Shown here one piece after another: positions 1 through 8,384 of a stretch of DNA of 64,000 bases. A model generated the notes under the pieces. It was not told the DNA's origin and searched no databases. It saw only the letters and a program-made list of their open reading frames with translations. How positions within the stretch are numbered: the stretch's first letter is position 1; the number at the start of each line of letters is the position of its first letter. The DNA is from Promethearchaeia archaeon (GTDB taxonomy: Archaea; Asgardarchaeota; Lokiarchaeia; Sigyniarchaeales; SOKP01), in NCBI GenBank assembly GCA_046483985.1, contig JAWOCD010000005.1, positions 1-64,000 of the forward strand, given 5' to 3'. Made by a program: the position numbers and the translations under genes.

Positions 1-84
1 TTATTTTTAGTAAAATATAAAACTTAAAGTAATTAAATTTTATTTGAATTACATCAAAATTGGAATTAAATTTTTTATCGAATA

Positions 85-576
85 GTGACTACTATGGGAA
101 AAGATAAGATAAGAGCAGAATTTGAAATCTTAATCCATCCGAAACTTGAATTAAAACCCGCAGAAACCATTTTAATGTACAGTTTAGATGATGGAGACAA
201 TTGGGATGATTATTACGGAAATAAATTGGGGACCCCTAAGAAGTGGCAAGTAACTATGTATGATATGCCCGAAGGGGAATCCATGAGCTTTTTTATCCGG
301 TTCATCCAGAAAGACGGAGAAATCTTTATTGCAAATAAGGAGGGAAAGAATTATAATATCGAACTCCGAAAGAATCAAAAAGATCATTACAAGGCGCAAA
401 TTCGTATACGGAATGTGCGCCAAATCGGGAAAAAATGTATTGTATGTGGGACAATAATAGGAAAAAATAAGAACTTGTGTCCAAATGAAGAATGTAAAGC
501 AACCTACTGTCCTGAATGCTTTCGAATGCTTCCTCCCTCGTCAAATTATTGTCCGTGGTGTGATTTACAATTTTAA
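85..576 (+). CDS. Hypothetical protein: N-terminal beta-sandwich (CBM21/25-like) plus C-terminal 8-Cys double zinc ribbon
   Basis: 163-aa ORF (ATG alternative at 94); CIVC..CPNEEC..CPEC..CPWC; YSLDDGDNW...FFIRF..DG....NKEGKNY resembles starch-binding CBM motifs. Confidence 0.6.
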   Translation: MTTMGKDKIRAEFEILIHPKLELKPAETILMYSLDDGDNWDDYYGNKLGTPKKWQVTMYDMPEGESMSFFIRFIQKDGEIFIANKEGKNYNIELRKNQKDHYKAQIRIRNVRQIGKKCIVCGTIIGKNKNLCPNEECKATYCPECFRMLPPSSNYCPWCDLQF

Positions 577-675
577 GTTTCCAATTTCTTTTGGTTTTTA
601 CAAATAAAATTTTTATAAAATATATAAATCTCAATATCTAAAATTAATTTAACGAGTAATTTTAAAAAATAAATT

Positions 676-2841
676 TTGATGAATATGAGTCAATCACAAT
701 CTGATAAACCCATTTATATTCGCTTGCCGTGTATAAAATGCGGCTACGAGATAAAGGAGCTAATAGAAGGCACTTCAATTCGTTGCTTTGCATGTCACCA
801 AGAAAATAGTTTCTTGGAATCTAAAGAAAAGTTAGAGAAATTGGCAATTGATATGTTTGGGCAAGTTCCTTCCATTGATTTTATCGAGGATCCAAGTACT
901 CGGAAACAAACCCGGATTACAAGAGAAAACAAGTTGGGAAACAAGTTTTCTGAACTGGAAGGAAAATATACAGATCAATTTGGGAAGGTTCCGGTGATTG
1001 CCACACCGCTTGAGCAATACCCGCTTTCAAAAGAAGATGTCTTAAAAATGGCAAACGAATATAATTCTGTTGCAATTCTTCTCAAAAATTATGTATTTCC
1101 CTTGGCATTAAATGAAGCAGAACAGAAAAATTCAATGCAGATGCACTATTTCTGTGCTTGTAGAGCAATGCTTTTAATAGGATCTTACCATACGATATTA
1201 GCATCGACAGCTCAAGACAATGATCAAGCATGGGATTTATATTCCAGAGCTGCCCAAAATTTCGAGAAGTTAACCGATCTTGCAAAAGAGGCATTAGCTG
1301 AGAATATTGAAGATGACAGATTTGACACCTTCATTGCCCTCGGAGAAGCATATAGTGATTATGCCACGGGATTATCAAGTGTTTCAAAGGGGAATCCCGA
1401 ATGGTTTACCTCTCGAATTAAAAATGCGAGAGCTCGCCTCAAAGAGATTATCGACGCGGGAACAAGCCCACGAGCAAAATTAGACCATGCAGCAGCTGGT
1501 ATTGTTGAATCGCTCAAACCGACTGTGGATGTTATTTTCTCAGAAATAAAGGAAGGAAAAGCTATAAAAGAAGCGTTAAGTGTTCGTTCCTTACCCATCG
1601 ATGTGGCAGATCAAATTTTGGAAACCCTCACAAATGTTCGGGAAAAAATTGAGAAAACAAAAGATAGATTTGAGGGGATTATAGAATTCTTCATTAAACT
1701 CAACTTTGGGGAAGAACTGAATTATGTAAAGCGATTACGAGAAGACTTCCAAAAGATTCATGTTGAGCAGAAAAAACGGTATGACGAAATCATTAACGGG
1801 ACCTTAAAAGGCCTAATCAGAGACTATAAATTCAGAACCCGGGAAGTAATTCGGCGTATGAAATTAGTTGCTGAAGCGGCAAAACTTCCGGGGGAAGAAA
1901 CCCGTAACTCAATAGAAGAAGAACGACAAGAGATCGACATGTTAGAGCGAACCTTAGAACCCACATTGTCAAAAGTTTTGTCACTAAGTTTCGAGGAACT
2001 CCAAAAAGATGGATTCATCCGAGAAATTCAGCCACATCTAGAAGAGTCTCATGAAAAATTTGATAAATGGGTACGAGCTGCCATATTAGAATTAATTTCA
2101 GACTACTCGGCCACTGCGGGGGATATTTCCGGTGCTCTTGATGCCATGATCGACGTGGGGAAATTAGATTCTGGATTAGAGGAACAATTCAAACAAGCGC
2201 GAGCAGATTTAGATTCTCTGGGATTTGCCATTTCAGAAATAATAGATTTATCTTATAATGTAAGAAGGGCAGAATTTACAGATCAGATAAGCCTTGCTCA
2301 ATCAAATCAGAGAAGGCGATTTGACAGGTTAGTACGAAACGGGATTGTAAGTCTCATTAGAGATTATGAGTTTAAAAATAATGCCATTGTAAAGGGTATA
2401 GAGCCCTTAATAGAAGCTGCAAAAGTCCTTGGAACCACAGCAGTTGAGGAAATCGTACAAGCTAAAGCCGATATAAATAGTTTGGACGCGTTATTTGATT
2501 CGGTAGTGGGTCAAATTTTAAATACCAGTTATGATGTCAAGAGAGGAGAATTTACAGAACTAATCTCTGAGGTACAAGCGAAGCGTAAGAGAGATTTCAA
2601 TGATCAAGTTCGATTAGCAACTAGAAAGATTCTCGATTATGCAGGACGAGCAAGAGTTGAATTACGTGATGACTTGAAAGCTGTACAAGATCGTGCAGAA
2701 TCCGCGATGATTGAAGGTGATTATGAAGAATCATCTCGGTTGTTTGAGATTGCCTCTCGTATTGCCTCGGAACTTAACTTAGAAGAGCAAAGTAAGGAAC
2801 TCCTCAAACGTTCTAAATCTATGAAGCGTTTAATTTTATAA
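676..2841 (+). CDS. Large alpha-helical repeat protein with N-terminal zinc ribbon
   Basis: 721-aa ORF; CIKC...CFAC; about 90-aa internal repeats containing L(I)xDY; TPR/MIT-like C-terminal hairpin. Confidence 0.75.
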   Translation: MMNMSQSQSDKPIYIRLPCIKCGYEIKELIEGTSIRCFACHQENSFLESKEKLEKLAIDMFGQVPSIDFIEDPSTRKQTRITRENKLGNKFSELEGKYTDQFGKVPVIATPLEQYPLSKEDVLKMANEYNSVAILLKNYVFPLALNEAEQKNSMQMHYFCACRAMLLIGSYHTILASTAQDNDQAWDLYSRAAQNFEKLTDLAKEALAENIEDDRFDTFIALGEAYSDYATGLSSVSKGNPEWFTSRIKNARARLKEIIDAGTSPRAKLDHAAAGIVESLKPTVDVIFSEIKEGKAIKEALSVRSLPIDVADQILETLTNVREKIEKTKDRFEGIIEFFIKLNFGEELNYVKRLREDFQKIHVEQKKRYDEIINGTLKGLIRDYKFRTREVIRRMKLVAEAAKLPGEETRNSIEEERQEIDMLERTLEPTLSKVLSLSFEELQKDGFIREIQPHLEESHEKFDKWVRAAILELISDYSATAGDISGALDAMIDVGKLDSGLEEQFKQARADLDSLGFAISEIIDLSYNVRRAEFTDQISLAQSNQRRRFDRLVRNGIVSLIRDYEFKNNAIVKGIEPLIEAAKVLGTTAVEEIVQAKADINSLDALFDSVVGQILNTSYDVKRGEFTELISEVQAKRKRDFNDQVRLATRKILDYAGRARVELRDDLKAVQDRAESAMIEGDYEESSRLFEIASRIASELNLEEQSKELLKRSKSMKRLIL

Positions 2842-2970
2842 TTTTTTTCTTTTCTATTTTAATTTAAATTTAAATATCCGTATCCAAATAAGGGGTTTGG
2901 ACCCTCTAGAGAAAAATTTAAAATCTTGTCTTTCCTAATAATATTTGATTTTTGAAAAAATGTGAATAAT

Positions 2971-3129
2971 ATGAAAAACGAAGAAAATAAAAAAGATCTC
3001 GATATCAATAAAGAACGAGACAAATTAGATCAAATGGGAGCAAAGAGCACCTGGGATCTCTTAGAAGAGAAGAAGAAAGAGGAATCAGACTCAAACGAGA
3101 AGCAAGGGAAAAATAAGCCATTTACCTAG
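2971..3129 (+). CDS. Small charged hypothetical protein (52 aa)
   Basis: ATG 2971 to TAG 3129, MKNEENKKDLDINKERDKLDQMGAKSTWDLLEEKKKEESDSNEKQGKNKPFT; purine-rich coding-like composition; below the ORF-track cutoff. Confidence 0.45.
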   Translation: MKNEENKKDLDINKERDKLDQMGAKSTWDLLEEKKKEESDSNEKQGKNKPFT

Positions 3130-3240
3130 CCTTTTGTTTTGATATAGCAATTTTTAATATTTCTAAATTTGATTTATAAAAACATAACTATAAAATCCTA
3201 TAGAATATTATTTCATATGTCTTTAGGAAATTAAAAGAGA

Positions 3241-3504
3241 TTGAATATGGCGGGAAAAATAGTTTATTGCGATGTTTGTGAGGATTATGTACGGTTGACC
3301 AGAAAAAAATTTGATCACATTTACCATGAGGTGCTAGTGTTTCTTATTCTCACTGGAATTGGTGCCATAGTTTACTTGATTCTAAAATATTCGAGATCCA
3401 AAAATACTTGTCCAAATTGCGAAAAAGAATTTAATTTAGATTCTCTTTCCGACATGGGAAAACGAGAACCACACACGGGAGAAATCATATATAAAGAAGC
3501 TTAA
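3241..3504 (+). CDS. LITAF-like zinc-ribbon membrane protein
   Basis: CDVC - hydrophobic segment (VLVFLILTGIGAIVYLIL) - TCPNC architecture. Confidence 0.65.
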   Translation: MNMAGKIVYCDVCEDYVRLTRKKFDHIYHEVLVFLILTGIGAIVYLILKYSRSKNTCPNCEKEFNLDSLSDMGKREPHTGEIIYKEA

Positions 3505-3579
3505 AGTTTTCGTATATTTAGTTGGTTCTTGCATTATAAAGAAGCTTAAAGTTTTCGTATATTTAGTTGGTTCTTGCAT
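3490..3579. repeat. Perfect 45-bp tandem duplication (2 copies)
   Basis: tataaagaagcttaaagttttcgtatatttagttggttcttgcat at 3490-3534 and 3535-3579. Confidence 0.95.
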
Positions 3580-3857
3580 CGAGGGCATATTTTATCTTTT
3601 TCGTTTAATTTCCGTTTCACCAATGTTTTCTCAAATTTACAATTATCGCATTTTAATTTGAATTTTGTAAATGAAAATTTTTTTTTCGGAGAAGGTTGTG
3701 CTGCTGCTTCAGTTTGCTGAGACTTTTCTTCAATTTTTTCTTCTTTAGGTTTTTTTACCTCCTTGGATTCCTTTTCTTTTTCTTCTTTTTCTTCTTTTTC
3801 TTCTTTCTCCTCTTTTTCCGTTTTCTTATCTGTTTTTAACCATTTATCTAAGCTCAA
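3546..3857 (-). CDS. Small zinc-ribbon protein with K/E-rich low-complexity linker
   Basis: CDNC...CPRC at the C-terminus; KEE repeats; aggaggtg SD-like motif upstream. Confidence 0.7.
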   Translation of the reverse strand: MSLDKWLKTDKKTEKEEKEEKEEKEEKEKESKEVKKPKEEKIEEKSQQTEAAAQPSPKKKFSFTKFKLKCDNCKFEKTLVKRKLNEKDKICPRCKNQLNIRKL

Positions 3858-3868
3858 ATTTACACCTC

Positions 3869-4126
3869 CTAATAAGGATTAGAAACAATTACGGTAATTC
3901 GATCACTTCTCGGATCAATAGGGAGTCGTTTGAATGCAATATGGTTTGATTCCTCTCCGTAACGCTTTCCTTGCCAGAGAAAGGTAATTTTAGCCTTCGG
4001 CATTAGTGTGAATTTTTTCTTCACCAACTCTTTTACCTCTTTTAAACTCATACCTCCATCCACTAAAATCTGCCGTTCGCCTTTGTCGCCGAACACACCC
4101 ATAAGTTTAAACTCAACAGATGGCAA
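3869..4126 (-). CDS. Ubiquitin-like (beta-grasp) protein lacking C-terminal GG
   Basis: ILVDGGMSLKEVKELVKKKF...KITFLWQGKRY aligns by eye to ubiquitin [20 protein letters not shown]...RLIFAGKQL; ends SNPY. Confidence 0.7.
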   Translation of the reverse strand: MPSVEFKLMGVFGDKGERQILVDGGMSLKEVKELVKKKFTLMPKAKITFLWQGKRYGEESNHIAFKRLPIDPRSDRITVIVSNPY

Positions 4127-4236
4127 TTTCTTGGAAAGATGTGATTTTTTTAGAATAATTCTAATTTACCCTATTTAATATAAAAAAGAATGAAAAAGAA
4201 TTAAATTTTTACCCTATATCTCACTAACAGAAATAT

Positions 4237-5466
4237 TTAAAATACTTGTTCTTTTCCAGCGATGAGTCGCTCTCTAAGATTGATTATGTTTTCATTACTG
4301 AGTTTTTCGGCAGAAACCTCTTTTGCGATCTTTTTTACACTTTTAAAATTTACATTGTCCGCAGGAATTAGGCTTATTGAATTTACCCATGGATCAGTAA
4401 TAGGTCGGCCAATTTGAGACACTAATTTAACATTCGCTTCAATGATATCTCCTTGACCTCTTTTTATAATTTCTTTGGCCATATTATTTGCCAAAACATT
4501 ATAAATCTTGCCCACATGATTGATTGGATTTTTACCGCATACCGCTTCAAGACTCATAGTACGACAAGGGGTGATCAGCCCATTGGCGCGATTTCCCCGT
4601 CCTACTTCTCCGTCGTCACCTGCTTCGGCTGAAGTACCAGTCAATGTAAGATAGACTAACCCGTCATCAAGATTATCCCCTACATTTACAGAACATCTTA
4701 CTTCTCGTTCTGGAATTAACTTGGCGGCTAAATCAAGTACAGCTTCTTTCATCTGATTAGTATAATTAATATATTCTCCTTTATCATTAATATACTTGCT
4801 CACCATTGCACAGCATACCGTAATATCGATTTTATTCCCTAACCGCTCCGTCATAACTTTAATATCCTCACCAGACCCTGGACATTTTTCCTTGAATTTA
4901 TCGGAATTTAATAATCTTTCTGCTTCTAAAGTTATTTTTTCTACATCTGAAAGCGGTGCATATCCAACTCCGAAGCTAGTATCATTTGCCAGAGGTACTT
5001 GTTCAAGAGCATCTGACTCTTCAAACACGCCAGTTAGATCAATAGATCCGGGACGTACAGCATAATCAAATTGGATTTGGCTTGTTAAATCTAGATTGCG
5101 GAATATATCAGAAACTACCTGACGGCAAGCATCGAGACAAATAGTGGCAACGGGTATATATTCAAGATCTTTTTCTCTTAGTACTTGATTGATTGCTCTT
5201 CCAACAATTAAGAAATATTGCGGTTCAATTATCATACCGCCTCCGAATTCGGGCTTAGAAATCCCCCCAACCAGCGCTGCTTTATCTACATTATGATGAT
5301 AATATCTCCCAAAATTTTTGTAATAATATTTACATAATGCTCGAGAACAAGCATCTGCCGCAGCATCACACACAGAATCAGGATGTCCTACACCTTTCCG
5401 TTCCACGATTTCGGGAAAATCAGACTCTTCAATTGGTTTAACATTTGATTTGTTTATTTTCTGCAT
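4237..5466 (-). CDS. mat: S-adenosylmethionine synthetase, archaeal type
   Basis: [35 protein letters not shown] and [10 protein letters not shown] motifs. Confidence 0.96.
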   Translation of the reverse strand: MQKINKSNVKPIEESDFPEIVERKGVGHPDSVCDAAADACSRALCKYYYKNFGRYYHHNVDKAALVGGISKPEFGGGMIIEPQYFLIVGRAINQVLREKDLEYIPVATICLDACRQVVSDIFRNLDLTSQIQFDYAVRPGSIDLTGVFEESDALEQVPLANDTSFGVGYAPLSDVEKITLEAERLLNSDKFKEKCPGSGEDIKVMTERLGNKIDITVCCAMVSKYINDKGEYINYTNQMKEAVLDLAAKLIPEREVRCSVNVGDNLDDGLVYLTLTGTSAEAGDDGEVGRGNRANGLITPCRTMSLEAVCGKNPINHVGKIYNVLANNMAKEIIKRGQGDIIEANVKLVSQIGRPITDPWVNSISLIPADNVNFKSVKKIAKEVSAEKLSNENIINLRERLIAGKEQVF

Positions 5467-5693
5467 TATATGTCAACTATTCAGTAATTATATTTTAAAA
5501 TTTAAGTTCTCATATAAAAAAATTGTTTTTTGGTATAATAATAATTAGTTTTATTATACCTAAACCAAATCTTTGATATTCGGATAAAGATTAAACCAAC
5601 CAATTTCATCTTGAAATTTTTACGATAAGATTTAAATTGTCTTATTAATTTTGTTAAATTAATTATATTAACAGAAAGGTTTAAAACCTTAAA

Positions 5694-6500
5694 ATGTTTG
5701 CCAATCAAATTCATGTTGTATTTAATGCGAAAGAAGATAAACGCATAACTGACCCCATCTTGAAGAACCCCCCAAATAAACTATATTATTTTACCGCAAA
5801 TATTGAAGCTACGGGCCAAAAAGATGAAAATATGGATTATTTTCAAAAGAATACGAAATTATTAGAAAAAAAAATCCCAACATTGGAGATCATTCATAGG
5901 GAATTAGACTATACTAATTACATTCAAGTGATCCAAGAAATATCCAAGATCATTAAGGATGAGCGTGAGGAAAATGAGAATGCAGAAATTTACATTAACG
6001 TGGGAACGGGCTCAAAAATTACTGCATTAGCATCCAGTGAAGCATCAAAATTATGGAACTGTTATATATATTACGTATTTGCGAGTAAATATGATCCGTC
6101 AGGCGAAGGACCCCAACATAAAGGGGAAATGTTTATTAAGGAGCCTATTACCTTCCCTATTAAAAAACCAAAACCGTTATACATAAAAATACTGAAATTG
6201 TTCAAAAATATGTTAGTGGAAAAATATCAGGGGAAGGAATACGATAAAAGCCAAGGAAAATACATTTTTAAGAAAAACTTTATTGATAAACTGATTGAAG
6301 AGGCCATCCTCCAGTTGGAGCATGAAAATGAAAATGAAAGAAAGCGGCGCGCCAGTTATTACATGAAAAGTAAGAAATATTTTGAACCTTTGGAGGATCA
6401 GTTGGGATACATTGAAATCTCCGATGATAAAAGAAATAAAAAAATTCGCCTTACTAAAACGGGAAAAGATATCCTGAAAATATTTAAACATTTAGTATAA
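5694..6500 (+). CDS. DUF6293/HFX_2341-like protein (CARF-like Rossmann domain plus winged helix)
   Basis: IYINVGTGSKITALAS motif; C-terminal LEDQLGYIEIS....KKIRLTKTGK wHTH signature. Confidence 0.75.
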   Translation: MFANQIHVVFNAKEDKRITDPILKNPPNKLYYFTANIEATGQKDENMDYFQKNTKLLEKKIPTLEIIHRELDYTNYIQVIQEISKIIKDEREENENAEIYINVGTGSKITALASSEASKLWNCYIYYVFASKYDPSGEGPQHKGEMFIKEPITFPIKKPKPLYIKILKLFKNMLVEKYQGKEYDKSQGKYIFKKNFIDKLIEEAILQLEHENENERKRRASYYMKSKKYFEPLEDQLGYIEISDDKRNKKIRLTKTGKDILKIFKHLV

Positions 6501-6667
6501 AAGACTAGGGAGGTTGGTTTCTTTGCCATATGCATTAAGAAAAAGTATTGAAATTTATAATTAAGTTCAATTAAATTTTTTTATCGGTAATATTATATGT
6601 TATATGAACTACTTGAATAAAATTTTATATTTTCATTTGATCAAGAACTAAATAAAGAGGATTTATT

Positions 6668-7687
6668 TTGACTGTGGAAAAAATTGTTGAAAAAGCTAAT
6701 AATTTACTGAAACAGTTAAATTATCATACGTTCACCTTTATCGGAGAGCAAAGTAAATTTTGTTTCGATTTATTGGTGAAAAAAGGGAATTATATTTTGA
6801 TGCTAAAAGTTTTCTCCAACATAGATAATATCGATAAGGAGGAAATAGAAAATATAAAGAGCCTTTCAATATTATTGAAATCAAAGCCCGTATTAATTGG
6901 TATAAGAAATCGATATCAAAAACTGGATGATAGCACTATTTATGTACGCTACGGATTACCATTTATTACCTATACCACCTTCAAGCGGATTCTTACCAAG
7001 AATCAATACCCCCATATTCTTGCAAGAAGAGGAGGAGGGGTTATCTATCTGGATGGGGATTTGATGAAAAATATCCGTTCGGAAAAAAGGATCTCCCGTA
7101 AAGAATTATCCGAGGAGTTAGGAGTAGCCAAAAGAACTGTTTTTTCCTATGAAAATGAAAAAATGCGTCCTTCAAAAGAAATTGCAAATAAAATCTTAAA
7201 TATTTTAGAAGAATCCTCGATCTTCAGGCGTATTAATGTATTTGAATGGCATATGAAATTTGATCTCTCACAGGAAATTTTTCATAAAAAACAAGAACTT
7301 TCCGAGTTTAAAGCTCATCTGCAGAATATCATTAATGATATAGGTATATCATCGCTATGGTATGAACAAGGAAATGCTCCATTTGAAGTCACGATGTATT
7401 CCAGTGACTATATTTCAAAGGGAGAGGATAATAAATCTGGAAAAAGAAAAAGAAACTTTTATCCCTTATTCTCTGGAGTCTCTGATGATGCCCAGCGCGT
7501 GAAAGACATTAACATAGAAGCTTTAAATATGTTCACGAGATTATTTAATAAGAAGGGAATTTTCATAGTAGATAATGATTTTAAACTTCCCGACAATTAT
7601 CTGAAGAAATTACCTTTCATAAAAATAAAACAACTTGATAAAATCGATACTGAAGAGGAATTCATTGACTTCATTAAGAAAAAATAA
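6668..7687 (+). CDS. Archaeal HTH (Cro/C1-type) transcriptional regulator, COG1395-like
   Basis: FDLLVKK..LKVFSNID N-domain; ARRGGGVIYLDG; RKELSEELGVAKRTVFSYENEKMRPS HTH. Confidence 0.85.
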   Translation: MTVEKIVEKANNLLKQLNYHTFTFIGEQSKFCFDLLVKKGNYILMLKVFSNIDNIDKEEIENIKSLSILLKSKPVLIGIRNRYQKLDDSTIYVRYGLPFITYTTFKRILTKNQYPHILARRGGGVIYLDGDLMKNIRSEKRISRKELSEELGVAKRTVFSYENEKMRPSKEIANKILNILEESSIFRRINVFEWHMKFDLSQEIFHKKQELSEFKAHLQNIINDIGISSLWYEQGNAPFEVTMYSSDYISKGEDNKSGKRKRNFYPLFSGVSDDAQRVKDINIEALNMFTRLFNKKGIFIVDNDFKLPDNYLKKLPFIKIKQLDKIDTEEEFIDFIKKK

Positions 7688-8369
7688 GGATGTTTTAGAA
7701 CCTCTTATATGTGGGATTGATGAGGCGGGAAGAGGTCCAGTCTTAGGCAGCCTTGTGATTTCTGGTGTATGCTTTTTTTCAAATGACTTGGAATTTTTAG
7801 AAGACATTGAAGTGAAAGATTCTAAAAAACTTATCCCCACCAAGAGGGCAGAACTTGCAAAATCTATAAGACAAAATTGCCACTCTTATCATTTGATAAT
7901 TATTGATGCAGAAGAAATTGATAAGAGAGAAAAGCAGAGAATAACATTAAATCGCCTGGAAGAATTAAAGATGGCAGAAATAATAAATCATTTGCAACCG
8001 GACATTATTTATATTGATGCTGCAGATACCAACGAGTATCGATTCAAAATGGCAATCAAACATCTAATGGATTATTCGCCTCAAAAAATTATTTCCAAAC
8101 ACAAGGCGGACGAGTTGTTTCCGATTGTGTCTGCTGCTTCCATTCTCGCTAAGAATAAACGAGATGCGTTAATTAAAGATCTAAATACAAATTTTTTGGA
8201 AGATATAGGTTCTGGGTATCCTTCTGACGAAAAAACAGTTACATTTCTCAGAAATTATATTAGAACCAATAAAAAAGCTCCCTTTTGTGCCCGAAAGACA
8301 TGGAAGACCACCAAAAAAATATTGAACGAAGAAATTGGAAATCGTAAAATAACTGAATTCTTTACTTAA
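7635..8369 (+). CDS. rnhB: Ribonuclease HII
   Basis: GIDEAGRGPVLG, DSKKL, KAD, SAASILAK and GSGYPSD motifs; C-terminal PIP-box-like NRKITEFF; true start uncertain. Confidence 0.96.
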   Translation: MIKSILKRNSLTSLRKNKDVLEPLICGIDEAGRGPVLGSLVISGVCFFSNDLEFLEDIEVKDSKKLIPTKRAELAKSIRQNCHSYHLIIIDAEEIDKREKQRITLNRLEELKMAEIINHLQPDIIYIDAADTNEYRFKMAIKHLMDYSPQKIISKHKADELFPIVSAASILAKNKRDALIKDLNTNFLEDIGSGYPSDEKTVTFLRNYIRTNKKAPFCARKTWKTTKKILNEEIGNRKITEFFT

Positions 8370-8384
8370 TTTAACTGAGATCCT

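Noticed and set aside
3770-3820. 9-bp tandem repeat (tttttcttc)
   Set aside because: It simply encodes the KEE low-complexity linker of the 3546-3857 protein
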